Part shown: one piece after another, positions 45,854 to 57,143 of the stretch | How positions within the stretch are numbered: the first letter of the stretch is position 1 | How the letters are laid out: each line of letters opens with the position of its first letter | Source: an uncultured Nitrososphaerales archaeon | Lineage (GTDB): Archaea > Thermoproteota > Nitrososphaeria > Nitrososphaerales > Nitrososphaeraceae | Assembly: GCA_963695855.1 (NCBI GenBank) | Contig: CAVOHZ010000008.1 | Location: 96,001 to 160,000, forward strand | Reading direction: 5' to 3' | Length of the DNA stretch: 64,000 bases | The notes under the pieces: generated by a model | What the model saw: the letters and a program-made list of their open reading frames with translations, nothing else | Databases searched by the model: none | Told to the model about the DNA's origin: nothing | Program-made: the position numbers and the translations under genes

Positions 45854-47341
45854 ATGAATGAAAATATAGACTTCTCCAATTCCAACAAAGAAACTGAATT
45901 AAAATGTTCCTTGTATAAAGAACCACTGCTTACTGAAAAAAATGAGGAAATCATTCAAGTAATAGATGGTTCTCTATACTTTTTTCATACTCATAAATGT
46001 TTTAACGTGTACAAGGGATTGGATAACTTTTATGGTAAAAATATTAAAAATTTTATTGGAAATAAACAATTTGTTTTTGATTCTTTCTGGGATAAAGCCA
46101 TTCCTACTTCAGATGAAATTCAAGAAATAAAAAAAAATAATAATAAATCCAGTAAACCAAGTCTCAAAGTAATCAAGAACCCTAAAGAAGTAATAAGAAC
46201 TGCTATTAATCTTGTTCAATCTGCAGAGGATGAAGTATTACTACTTTTTTCTTCAGCAAACGGATTTTATAGGAGAATGGTATTGGGAGATGGTTTCCTT
46301 GCTTTGCAAAGATTACAAGACACTACCAAAGGTAATATAAAATTAAGAATTCTAACACCTTTTGATAAAAAGATTGTTGATGCAGTTAATAGATTAAAGA
46401 CTCAAGGAGTACATATTAGGTATTTACCAGAAGCACTCTATTTAACAGTCACATTTTTGATAGTAGACAGAAAATTCTCTATGACTGCTGAACTAGTAAA
46501 CGATTATACAGAAATTCCTGCTGAATCGCTAGGGCTCTCAACCTTCTCTAATAGTAAATCAACGGTATTATATTATATTTCTATGTTTGAGAACTTGTGG
46601 AAACAGTCAGACCTTTATAAAAAGGCGGAAAATCTTTATGAGCAATTAAAAAAAACAAATGAAACACAAATACAATTTATTAAAGAAACAGCACACGAGA
46701 TTCGAAATCCAATCCAGTCTATTTTAGGCCTCGCAGAAGTTATGCTTTCTAAGCAGAACCTTGATGTTGGTCATATAGAGGATTTAGTCAAAATAATTAT
46801 AAAGAATGCTAAAAAAATTAAATTTCTTACAGATAATATATTGGAGGCTGCACGTATTGACAGTCACCTTTTAACTCTTAATATGGAAGAATTTGATCTT
46901 GTGGAGTTAGTAGAAGATTTACTAAAAGATTTGAAAAACCAAATTCGAAATAAAAAGATTAGTTTAATTTTAAAATGCAAAGAAGATTCAATTTTGCTAG
47001 TTGCAGATAAATTGCGTTTAAATCAAGTTTTTTTAAACATTATCAATAATGCTATAAATGTGTCACAAAAAGGACAAATTATTGTATTTTTAGAAAGACA
47101 AAACAACAACACTGTATTGGTAAGAATAATAGATAAAGGCCCAGGCATTCCATCAAATATAAAGGATAAACTCTTTACTAAATTTGTAACAGGCTCAAAA
47201 TCAGGAACTGGCCTAGGTCTCTACATTTGTAAAAATATTATCGAAAAACATGGTGGAAAGATATGGGGGGAGAACAATAAGAACAAAGGTGCAAATTTTA
47301 ATCTTACGATACCTATGACAGCTCAGTTAAGTAAACAATAA
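45854..47341 (+). CDS. Cytoplasmic sensor histidine kinase (copy 2)
   Basis: AHEIRNP, N/G boxes; close paralog of 35453..36949. Confidence 0.92.
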   Translation: MNENIDFSNSNKETELKCSLYKEPLLTEKNEEIIQVIDGSLYFFHTHKCFNVYKGLDNFYGKNIKNFIGNKQFVFDSFWDKAIPTSDEIQEIKKNNNKSSKPSLKVIKNPKEVIRTAINLVQSAEDEVLLLFSSANGFYRRMVLGDGFLALQRLQDTTKGNIKLRILTPFDKKIVDAVNRLKTQGVHIRYLPEALYLTVTFLIVDRKFSMTAELVNDYTEIPAESLGLSTFSNSKSTVLYYISMFENLWKQSDLYKKAENLYEQLKKTNETQIQFIKETAHEIRNPIQSILGLAEVMLSKQNLDVGHIEDLVKIIIKNAKKIKFLTDNILEAARIDSHLLTLNMEEFDLVELVEDLLKDLKNQIRNKKISLILKCKEDSILLVADKLRLNQVFLNIINNAINVSQKGQIIVFLERQNNNTVLVRIIDKGPGIPSNIKDKLFTKFVTGSKSGTGLGLYICKNIIEKHGGKIWGENNKNKGANFNLTIPMTAQLSKQ

Positions 47342-47994
47342 AAGTTATTTCAAATACTGAATATGATCCTTATTGACTACCTGTCTGATCTATACTCTAT
47401 ACTCTTATAAGATGGATTTGGCGTACAGTCATTACTAGAGTCATAATGTATCTTTCAGATAGATAGATCCTAGATCTAATTGAAAGATGAAAAAATTAAA
47501 TTGGAAGATATTTGAACGTTCATTATTGGAAACTGCAATTTCTGCTATTCTTTTTCTTTCTTTTATGGTATTTCTTTTTTATTTTCTGTATATGGATTTT
47601 CGCCTAAATTGAAAACTGAATGATTCAGCAATGAAATAGAAAATTACATATATTATGGTATAAATGACGGTTACAATAATAACACTCAAAAAGATTTAGA
47701 AAAAAATATCAATATAGATAGAGTATATGTAACAAGTAATGGTACTCATCTTGAAATAAAATTATTATTTAATGATTTTTTAACCAAACTTAAAAATGTA
47801 TTATTAAATAATAGTACTGTTCCACAGAATCTTTTTATTAACATATTTATCGATTCAGATGATGATCAAACAACAAGTTCTTAGGTTATAATTATAGATA
47901 TTTGTTAACTCATAATATTGCAAATTCTTATAATGATAGGAATGATAATAAGTTAAATTCCATTACAAACTTTTCTCTATTGAAGAATGTAGAT

Positions 47995-48490
47995 GCTATG
48001 CTTTAATCCAATTACTTCACATGCTTCATCATATCATGTATCACCATCAGTATAAACTGGATGTCTTCCATATTTTTCAACTAATGATCTAATGAACTTT
48101 TCAGCGACAAACAGGTTTCTCCCCTCTGAAATGTAGATTCCAAGCATAGAATTGTGTACAGGTGCTATACAAAACCATAACAAAAATGTTGACTACCAAT
48201 TTGAACAACAGTTTCATTTACTATGAATGCTGTAACTCTTTTCATCTTGTGAATGGGATACTCTGCAAACATTTGAATCCAATTCCAGATACGGTTATAG
48301 ATAGGAACGTAACCTATTTTACCATCCTTGAAGTAATGCTCTTGATTTATTACGTAAACAAACCAAGAAAATAAAGACAGAATACATAACAAGAATACTG
48401 GAAGTTCTATTTCTTTGAAATAATCTAGTTTTCATTAGATTAGAAATAAAATATTCACAGCTAAAGGTATATCACGAAGTTAACAGGTCC
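47995..48490 (-). mobile_element. Degraded IS6 element
   Basis: KRVTAFIVNETVVQIG, KYGRHPVYTDG; TIR aagttaacaggtcc. Confidence 0.8.
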
Positions 48491-48508
48491 CTACGATCAT
48501 TCAAAATA

Positions 48509-49027
48509 TTGAAAAATGAAGAAAGGACAAATTACAATAAGCTTAAAGAAGAGACAAGAAAAACAATAGATGGACAAAAAGTGAGCGAGTCTTTAGAACA
48601 AAATCAAAAGAATGCTGCTGCTTCTTTTGCATGGACTTGGAAAGGTTGGTTCCTCTTTATATTAGGTAAAGTTGAGGAAGCTAGAAAGTGTTATGACAAG
48701 TCTATAGAGTTAGATCCTGTGAATCTATATGGATGGAGTGGAAAATTATGGACTAATTTTATCCTTGGAAAAGTCGCCGATCTTATAGAAACTACTGAAA
48801 AAGTTACCGAAATAAATTCCGAGAATAAGTACGCATGGAACATAAAAGGTTGCACTAATTTTATCCTAGGAAAAGTCAATAAATCCTTAGATTGCTATGA
48901 GAAATATATCGAAATAGATAAGAGATATGGTCAATCTGTACCTCATGGAACACTTGAACCTGATATTCAGCATGGAACTTCATCTCCAGATACCATAATA
49001 GGAGGAGGTGGTAATGATATATTCTAG
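48509..49027 (+). CDS. TPR-repeat protein
   Basis: AWxxKG...LG..EEA..CYDKSIELDP repeats. Confidence 0.8.
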   Translation: MKNEERTNYNKLKEETRKTIDGQKVSESLEQNQKNAAASFAWTWKGWFLFILGKVEEARKCYDKSIELDPVNLYGWSGKLWTNFILGKVADLIETTEKVTEINSENKYAWNIKGCTNFILGKVNKSLDCYEKYIEIDKRYGQSVPHGTLEPDIQHGTSSPDTIIGGGGNDIF

Positions 49028-49736
49028 TTCTTTTGATAGTAATCGTCTAATTACAGTAGATACAATTACTGTAGATGATCATTCTCGTTTAACCATAACA
49101 AGGAAGCTAAAGAAAGTAGTACCTATAAAGCCTAAAGATACCATAACTGTATACCAGGATAGATATAACAAGGATTTAATCTTTGTAATACAACATCATG
49201 AATCAAATACAACAGATCGATTCATTATTAAAACTAAAAGCACCAGCAGTACTCATGCATTTCATAATACTAAGACAATAAAGAAAAATCAAGAAGAAGA
49301 AAGCATTTCCAATCAATATGTAAAGAAAAAGGACACTTTACATGATATCAATATTCTTATTGTCGATGATGATGAAGTAATATTAGAAACGTTTGAATTT
49401 TTCTTAAACTCTGAAGGTTATCAGAATGTTCAAATATTTTCAGACTCAAAAAAGGCCGTAAAGCGTTTTGTTCAATTGAAAAAAACAGACTATTATGAAT
49501 TGGCTATAATTGATATAAGAATGCCAGTTATAAATGGAATTCAGCTGTATCAAATTCTCACAATAATCAATCCTACTATGAAAGTGCTTTTCGTAACTGC
49601 TCTTGATGCAGTAGCTGAATTGAGAAGTCTATACAAAATCAAAAAAGAGGATATTATAGAAAAGCCTTGTGATGGTGATCAGTTTATCAAAAAAATAAAT
49701 GATACAGTTTTAAAAATATTTGAATCTAAAGAATAG
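49008..49736 (+). CDS. Response regulator receiver with N-terminal AbrB-like domain
   Basis: ILIVDDD, IIDIRMP.INGI, VTA, KP; N-terminal 'TVDDHSRLTI...IKPKDTI'. Confidence 0.85.
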   Translation: MVMIYSSSFDSNRLITVDTITVDDHSRLTITRKLKKVVPIKPKDTITVYQDRYNKDLIFVIQHHESNTTDRFIIKTKSTSSTHAFHNTKTIKKNQEEESISNQYVKKKDTLHDINILIVDDDEVILETFEFFLNSEGYQNVQIFSDSKKAVKRFVQLKKTDYYELAIIDIRMPVINGIQLYQILTIINPTMKVLFVTALDAVAELRSLYKIKKEDIIEKPCDGDQFIKKINDTVLKIFESKE

Positions 49737-50344
49737 TTTAAGAAAGCATGCAGATAAGACAATATAGACAGTAGTAAATTCTCAAAAAGGCCATAGCCAA
49801 TATCTGGAACATTAAACAAGATAAGTCCCATTGAGAGAAAGTTTAGGAATTTGTGTTATCTTTTGTCGGTAGATTACTTACTTTTGAGAAAGGTAATAAA
49901 AAGTACATCATCAACAATATCATAATAAAAATATATATGAAAACTACCTTCTCCAACATCTTCAATTCATACAACACACGAAGATGATACACACCAAAAA
50001 AAATACTGAAGGTTTGGAAAATAATTGAAATAATATATTTCCACTGACAAAACATTCTGTTTCTTCAATAAGCAATGGGTATACTAATTTCTTAACTCTA
50101 AATGTTCTAAAGAGGGACGTAATATGATTTCTAAATATAGTTTCTAGTGCATTAAAAAATATCTAAAACCACCCATTTATGGTATGCTTTTTTAAAGTAT
50201 AATAGATTATAAGAAAACTTAATATGTTTATAACAAGAATGTTATAGATTTATTTGCAATTTTCTAAATTTTCTAAGAAATATTAAAAAGTATAAAAGAT
50301 TTTGATAGCAATAGTATATAATATAAAATAGGTGATTCCAAGTT

Positions 50345-51592
50345 ATGGTAACGAAATCTTCTAGTTTTCTCGTACTTTTTTTAACTACTTTAGGAATGAT
50401 TACTTCTATTATTCCAACAATAGACGCACAAAAAGTTATTCCTAACGACGTAAATCCAATGCAACTACCACAACAACTACCACAACAGCAACAGCAAGGA
50501 CAGCAATCCCAATTCCAATACAATACCCAAGACTTTCAAACATTCACTAAATACATGGATATGTACAATGAGTTATATCCTCCTCAACCACAACAACCAA
50601 CACCACAACAACAAGGCTCGAATTATTACGACTTTCTGACATTCATGCAATATTTACAATATTACGACAACCTGTATGGCCAGAAAGATTATATCATAAA
50701 GCATTATCATGATGACGATGATAATGATGATAATGATTACAAATACAAGTACAAATACAAATACAAGAACGAATATGAAAACTGGAAGAAGCACGATGGA
50801 CACGGAGATGGAAAAAAGAGTAATTACCCAAGTAAGCAATTTCATCCAATAACTAAAACTAAAGCTACAAATACAATCGAACAGGAATGTAAGCAAAATA
50901 CCGGTAAAATGAACAATGGAAAATGTGATATCAAAAATCCAGATGACCAGATAGAATTTGAACATGAACTAGCAGATGAAGGACTGTGGCCTGAATATAC
51001 TGTAGCACAACAAGCACAAAATTTTCTTAGTGAAGCAAATGTAGAGAAAAGTATTGGATTTCCTGGAGAATATGAACCGGGCTACAAAAAAACAGATGCA
51101 CAAAAAAGAGCTGAAGAAGCAGAATTTGTAGCAGAGCTGGAAGATGATTTACAAGATGCAAATACACCAGAACAAAAAGAAAAGATACAGAGTCAAATAA
51201 AGCAAGCTAAAGAAAAGTTTGGTCTAAATGATGATGAAACTGAAAAACAACCTGAACCAACAGAAGTTAATAATGTTAGCCCTCAAGTTGACCTTGTCCA
51301 ACAACAACAAGTACAAGAACAACAACCACAAATACACTATTCACAAGGTTCATACGAAGAGGAACTAAGTTCAGATGATACTGAAGGAAGTTCATATGAA
51401 GAGGAGGAAAGTGATGATAATAGTGAACCAAGTTCATATGAAGAGGAAGAGAGTTCAGATGAGGAAAGTGATGATAGTGGCGATGATGATAGTAGTGAGG
51501 AAAGTGATGATAGTAGTGACGATAGTGACGATGGAGGCGGAGACGACGGTGGAGACGACGGAGGCGGAGACGACGGCGGAGGAGAAGAATAA
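50345..51592 (+). CDS. Exported low-complexity protein (Q-rich, YK repeats, acidic D/E/S/G tail)
   Basis: Signal peptide and compositional blocks. Confidence 0.75.
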   Translation: MVTKSSSFLVLFLTTLGMITSIIPTIDAQKVIPNDVNPMQLPQQLPQQQQQGQQSQFQYNTQDFQTFTKYMDMYNELYPPQPQQPTPQQQGSNYYDFLTFMQYLQYYDNLYGQKDYIIKHYHDDDDNDDNDYKYKYKYKYKNEYENWKKHDGHGDGKKSNYPSKQFHPITKTKATNTIEQECKQNTGKMNNGKCDIKNPDDQIEFEHELADEGLWPEYTVAQQAQNFLSEANVEKSIGFPGEYEPGYKKTDAQKRAEEAEFVAELEDDLQDANTPEQKEKIQSQIKQAKEKFGLNDDETEKQPEPTEVNNVSPQVDLVQQQQVQEQQPQIHYSQGSYEEELSSDDTEGSSYEEEESDDNSEPSSYEEEESSDEESDDSGDDDSSEESDDSSDDSDDGGGDDGGDDGGGDDGGGEE

Positions 51593-52155
51593 GCTTCTTT
51601 TTTTTTATTTATTTATCATATCTAAAAGTCGTACCAAAGAACCCCTGATTTCTTGAATTTCTTGTAGTATTATATTTTCCCCCGCTATTCCGGCTAGGAT
51701 TTCTTAACGGATTGTTATTAGGATCATTTGCTTTTGCTTTATGTTCTGCTTTATTTATCTTGTTAACCCACATTTGATCTATTACGAGTAAATCAGCTAA
51801 ATGTTCGGGATATAATATTGTGTCTCTTTATTCATAGAAATAATGATATTGAAAAGGCATAATTCCATGTTGTTTGTTATACCACATATTCCAAGCTTCT
51901 ATTTCTTAGTGTGAAAGTTTCTCCCCCAAAGTCTTGGAATCATTTGACATTATCCACTCTTCGAGGGTTGTTGAAAATAAGCGATTCCATGCACAGCACG
52001 CATTAAACAAGCTACCAGAATGGAACGAGTACCCCAAATGTCTTGTTCCATTAAATCGGGATTTAAGAAAATTTTTCATTAGTTAATTGAACAGAATGTA
52101 TTAATTATTGGAAATATACAACTCTAGCAAATAAGGGTCTGTAATAACGGTAACT

Positions 52156-52746
52156 ATGAAAAAATCTCCAAAATGGGTGAGAGCAGCCCAAATCATACTT
52201 GGTGTTTTAGCTATCATACTTGCAATTGTTGCACTAACAAATTCAGGTCTAAAGATTTTGCTCATTTTAATAGCTATAGTTTTAGTTATTACAGGATTTG
52301 AAAAAACTATTACTGGATTGTTTATTGCTCATAACTTACGATTCTTCACCATAGGATTAGGAGTATTAACTATTATTCTAGCAGGATTGGCATTGACATA
52401 TCCTATAGCAGCTGCTAGAGTACTTCTATTAATTTTGGGATTTTCATTGATGGTAGATGGGTTTTCACGAATAGCTGATGGATTGACCAATAAATCTGAC
52501 AAGAGACTAGTTAGAGGATTTACTATCGCAGTAGGAATATTAGGCATCATAATTTCTGTTGGTATTAATATCATTCCTTTCTGGGGTAAATTATTTATTA
52601 GTAAATTAATAGCAATAGATTTGATAATTATAGGAATACAGATGATTACAACTGGAACTGTTAATGTAGAAGCCGGAAAAAAAAAGTTAAAGGAAAAGGT
52701 AAAAAAAATCTTTCAAAGACATGAACAGAGTGAAGAAAAGAAATAG
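52156..52746 (+). CDS. HdeD/DUF308 family membrane protein
   Basis: About 6 TM segments with a repeated 'GVL.IIL' pattern. Confidence 0.8.
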   Translation: MKKSPKWVRAAQIILGVLAIILAIVALTNSGLKILLILIAIVLVITGFEKTITGLFIAHNLRFFTIGLGVLTIILAGLALTYPIAAARVLLLILGFSLMVDGFSRIADGLTNKSDKRLVRGFTIAVGILGIIISVGINIIPFWGKLFISKLIAIDLIIIGIQMITTGTVNVEAGKKKLKEKVKKIFQRHEQSEEKK

Positions 52747-53042
52747 TACGTAAAAGGAAATTTCTTGTAAATTATTTTTAATAGTGTGGATGCTATAGAA
52801 TCTGGTCTTTTTATATATGAAGCAGGTTATAGATAAAATCGTTTTAATGACTCAAATCTTTTAGTATATTTAATTTCTCTATATAATGACTAGGCTCAAA
52901 GTCATTATGTTGTTGAGACTTACGAAATTATGTGTAAAATGATTATAAAAATACAAAAAAAATTTTTCTGAAATAAAGAATTGTAATTATGAAATAAATT
53001 TCAATTTTGTAAATGATTTTACAACAATATTAATATATCCTA

Positions 53043-53118
53043 GGGCCAAAATTTAGGTCAAATTTGTTTTACAAACCACTGCCCCCCGTTGTGACAATAG
53101 TTCTAAAATTGGATTCAT
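53043..53118 (+). repeat. att-like site 13 (degenerate A arm+core, R1 arm, no integrase following)
   Basis: gggccaaaatttaggtcaaatttgttttacaaaccactgccccccgttgtgacaatagttctaaaattggattca. Confidence 0.82.
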
Positions 53119-53289
53119 TTATAGATATTAAGAACAATTGATTTTTCTAATTGCAATCAAAATATCCCAGTCTAGAAATAAATAAAAACTTTTTTAGAAA
53201 CAGAAAGAATATGTAATCCTTATTTCATCATTCACTTCCATGATTGTCTTTTTGAGATTAATATTACAATTCTACTAATTAATTACAAC

Positions 53290-53595
53290 CTATTTACTAT
53301 CAACCGCCTCTATTATCATACCTATATTACTAACTATGTAATTTGATACATATGGCAGAGCTGCGTTGATGTCATTAGTTGAAAAACCTTGTTGCCTAGC
53401 AATACATCTGAAATTTGCTCTTATACCACCAATTACATATCCTATGTAAAAATCTGTATTACGCCTCACCAGTCTATCTTCTCCAATTCTTTCAAACGTG
53501 TCCTCAAGTTGGTCTCTGCCAGCTTTAAATTCTGCTATTGTAGCATTAAGTGCCTCAAAAGATAATATAAGCATTTGATTATCATTGAATGTCAT
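53290..53595 (-). CDS. Hypothetical protein
   Basis: 101-aa ATG ORF with protein-like composition. Confidence 0.6.
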   Translation of the reverse strand: MTFNDNQMLILSFEALNATIAEFKAGRDQLEDTFERIGEDRLVRRNTDFYIGYVIGGIRANFRCIARQQGFSTNDINAALPYVSNYIVSNIGMIIEAVDSK

Positions 53596-53768
53596 ATTAA
53601 CTAACTTCAGTGAGAGAAGTTAATATTTTTCGTTTCAAAGCCATTGAATTTTAATTCTTCATTTTCCTTTTTAAATTACATCCTTCTAGATAAGCTTTCA
53701 AAATAATTGCCTATATACAAAATACTTCTTAAAATCTTAACAATAAAAAAAGAAAATTTGAGATATGA

Positions 53769-54374
53769 TTATTTGCTGCTTTTATTTTCTGGTATTGTTG
53801 TACCTGCAGTTGTCATTGACTGCCCTTGCAATTTCATTGGTTCAAAAACGATCCCAAATAATGGTTTGTCACCAAAATGATTTTGTAATTTTGACTGATC
53901 TAACATGATGTTAACAACTTCATGATTATCGACTTTTATTGTGATAGGAACTTCATTAACTGGACTATTTTTCATAGTAACTGTGACTGTTCCTTTGTAT
54001 ACTGGCATATTGGCTTCTTTAGTTGACTCCTTTAATACAAAGTTTGAAATCTCGTGCATATGTTTTTCTATACCATCAGGTTTCACCATATGTAATGTGG
54101 CATCGAACAAAGCTTTATTAGTTTCGCTAAATTGTGTACTGTTTATAACGTTGGTTTTAAAATGTCCTGATATTAACCATTCTGTTTTTCCAGCTTTATC
54201 TTGAACCATTCCAATAATTTGTCCATAACCGAGTCCTTTTTCGTTCATTCCTTTATTATATCCAATAGGATAGGCAAAGGTCATTTTATTTAGTGATGGC
54301 GCTGCGAATATTAAAATAAACGCTACTGCGACACTTGCATAGACTATCGTTGATTTGTAGGTTTTATTTAGCAT
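53769..54374 (-). CDS. Exported hypothetical protein
   Basis: Signal peptide; 'MVKPDGIEKHMHEISNF', 'NHFGDKPLFG'. Confidence 0.7.
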   Translation of the reverse strand: MLNKTYKSTIVYASVAVAFILIFAAPSLNKMTFAYPIGYNKGMNEKGLGYGQIIGMVQDKAGKTEWLISGHFKTNVINSTQFSETNKALFDATLHMVKPDGIEKHMHEISNFVLKESTKEANMPVYKGTVTVTMKNSPVNEVPITIKVDNHEVVNIMLDQSKLQNHFGDKPLFGIVFEPMKLQGQSMTTAGTTIPENKSSK

Positions 54375-54446
54375 TAATAGTATTGTGTCTTGATTGTTTA
54401 TATATATGAGTAAACCAAGTTAATATATATATATATCATCACAACA

Positions 54447-54660
54447 GCCTCTGTTAATTTAAGCAGCAAAAGCGATAGCTAAGAACATTCTGTTTATTAT
54501 ATGAAATCAAATTTGAAAAAAATAAAACATCTTCTTTTATTGTAATGTATTCTCTTTATCTATACATTCTTGGTTGTTTAAGTAATAAATACCTGTAAAG
54601 CATTGAGGCCATTTAAAGATCAGAATCGAAGTCATGTTGCTGTTTGGGAATGCATTCAAT
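54447..54660 (+). mobile_element. IS6 left-end remnant
   Basis: gcctctgttaattt TIR; IVMYSLYLYILG...KDQNRSHVAVW. Confidence 0.75.
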
Positions 54661-54769
54661 GAATTCAAACTATTATTCTTCTATTGTGATAGTTATTACA
54701 CTTAAAACATGAACTACAAATATAAATTTTGATATTATGCATATAATAGCAGGAAAAAAGAATAGAAAT

Positions 54770-55160
54770 ATGTCTACACTTTCAAAAACTCTTACATTAC
54801 GAATTCCCCCCAATATAATTTAACATGCTTTAAAGAATACAAGATTAGAAATCCTTTTTTCTGAATTTTTCATAGACATAAAAAGAAAAATTATATCTGA
54901 TAAAATAAATAAGGAGATTAATTTTAGTACAATAACTGAAGGAAAACAGATTGAAATTATTGAAACATTCAAATTTAAAATATCTAATAATAACAGAACA
55001 ATTGTCGAATATAATACTGAAACAAAAAGTATAGAAGAAAACAATATAATATTAGAATCTATAGTACATACACATGTAGCTAATATTTTATATTCACTTT
55101 TGATGCTTGAGACAGGGTATATTAATGGCATATTAGAAAATAAGGAAAAAAATAAATAAT
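54770..55160 (+). pseudogene. Hypothetical protein with an early in-frame TAA
   Basis: Manual translation MSTLSKTLTLRIPPNII*HALKNTRLE...LLMLETGYINGILE. Confidence 0.45.
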
Positions 55161-55365
55161 TCAATATGAAAAAGGAAAAAGTGTAAAGATTGCAAACTTC
55201 AAGATTTTATGAGCAATATAATAGATTCATATCTGCTTGGTGCTATTAACTAAATGGTATTACATTTCAAATAACAATATTAAATATGTTACCAAATCAA
55301 TTAATAAATATTGGATACGGGACCACCTAATCACAAACGGGTTCAGTAATATTATTTAGCTAAAT

Positions 55366-55403
55366 GTGTGGGATTTGAACCATTCTATAAAGTGGGACCA
55401 GTT
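55366..55403 (-). repeat. att-like site 14 (B arm+core, inverted)
   Basis: Reverse complement reads aactggtcccactttatagaatggttcaaatcccacac. Confidence 0.88.
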
Positions 55404-55637
55404 AATATTTTTTATTGCTTTGCTAATTTATTAGATTATCAATAATAAATCAGTTATATCATATTCTCAAGATTAATCTGTTCTGACATGTACCCAATCT
55501 AGTGCATCAGTTAAATAACTATCAAATAAGCAACATAACTGAACTCCTCTGCATCTAGTAATTTCACGAAATACTTAGGTCATTCAATCCAATGGTCCAT
55601 ATACAAATATTACATACTATGCAATTATTACTATTAA

Positions 55638-56825
55638 GTGGCTAATACAAAACAAATCTTAATTTTAGGAGCAGGTTTTGGAGGATTGACGTCAGCCAAC
55701 CTATTACGAAAGAGTCTTCAAAAGGAAGAATGTCAAATTACTGTCATTGACAAAAACCAGTATTTTATGATGGGCCTTGTGAACTTATGGGTACTAAATG
55801 GAACTAGAAGATTGGAGAATTCCCAAGTTGCTCTGAAAAAGCTAGAAGCTAAAGGAATTAAATTTTTGAATGATGAAATAATAAGGATAGATCCATCTGA
55901 AAATAGCGTTACTACTAAAACCAACCATAATAAATTACAATACGATTATTTGATAATAGCACTAGGTGCAGAACTTGCACCAGAACGAATCTATGGATTT
56001 GAGGATAATGGAAGTTGTTTTAACATATATGATGCTCAGCAAGTCCCAAGTCTGCGAGAAAAAATACTTTCTCTAACAAGTGGTCGTATAGTAATCTGTA
56101 TAGCGGATATTCCATATAAATGCCCGCCAGCACCTTATGAGGTGTCATTATTGATCAATGATATGTTGATTAAAAATGAAAGAAGAGATTCTATTGATTT
56201 GGATATATACGTACCAACACCAATTTCATTACCTGTAGCTGGAGCAAATATGAGTCAAGATGTTGTCAACTTGCTTAATGATAACCACATCAATTTCCAT
56301 CCTCTACATAAAATAAAAAAAGTATTAGATAAAAAAACAATAGAATTTGAAAATGGCAGTAAGACAAGCTATGACGTATTAGTACTAATTCCTCCTCATC
56401 AAGTTCCTCAAATCATCAAGAATTCTGATCTATCTGGAGACGGCGATCAACGTTGGATCAATGTTGACAAATTTACCCTTAGAACAAAATACAAGAATGT
56501 CTTTGCAATAGGCGACGTAACCGAGATTAGACTTGATAAAACCACAACCATTCCCAAAGCTGGAATATTTGCAGAGGGCGAAGCAAAGGTAGTCAGCCAG
56601 CAAATTATCAATGAAATTAAAAATAACAATAGCAATAAAGCACTTACAAAGTTTGATGGAAAAGGGTTTTGCTTTATGGAAATAGGAGATAAAAAAGCTG
56701 GATACATTTATGCAGACTTTTATAATGAAAGCGGTCCTACTACTAGGCTTGATTCACCGTCAGGCGAGTTCTATCAAAAGAAACTTGATTTTGAAAGAAG
56801 CAGATTAAACGAATGGTTGATGTGA
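55638..56825 (+). CDS. Sulfide:quinone oxidoreductase-like flavoprotein
   Basis: GAGFGG, YKCPPAPYE, AIGD, PKAG, GFCFME. Confidence 0.85.
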   Translation: MANTKQILILGAGFGGLTSANLLRKSLQKEECQITVIDKNQYFMMGLVNLWVLNGTRRLENSQVALKKLEAKGIKFLNDEIIRIDPSENSVTTKTNHNKLQYDYLIIALGAELAPERIYGFEDNGSCFNIYDAQQVPSLREKILSLTSGRIVICIADIPYKCPPAPYEVSLLINDMLIKNERRDSIDLDIYVPTPISLPVAGANMSQDVVNLLNDNHINFHPLHKIKKVLDKKTIEFENGSKTSYDVLVLIPPHQVPQIIKNSDLSGDGDQRWINVDKFTLRTKYKNVFAIGDVTEIRLDKTTTIPKAGIFAEGEAKVVSQQIINEIKNNNSNKALTKFDGKGFCFMEIGDKKAGYIYADFYNESGPTTRLDSPSGEFYQKKLDFERSRLNEWLM

Positions 56826-57143
56826 TAATAATATGACTTATTTAGTCCTAACACCTTCTTTTTTTAAGTTCCGCTATTTAATCAATAAATGCTTGCTTTT
56901 CAAAATTGGAAAGGAATAAAAATCCATTTAATATATAATATAATGTAAAAAAATTCTATTTTATATAACATAGGTATATTTAATATGTTACCTAGAATTA
57001 TTTACTTTGTAAATATTTGCATGAGTACATAAATGTTAACATGTTAAACCTGGGGCATACAACTGTGGATATAGCCAAGATATCAGATAAGGAGTAAGGT
57101 CACGTACAGACCACAAAACCGTAGAGAATAATATAGAATAACT

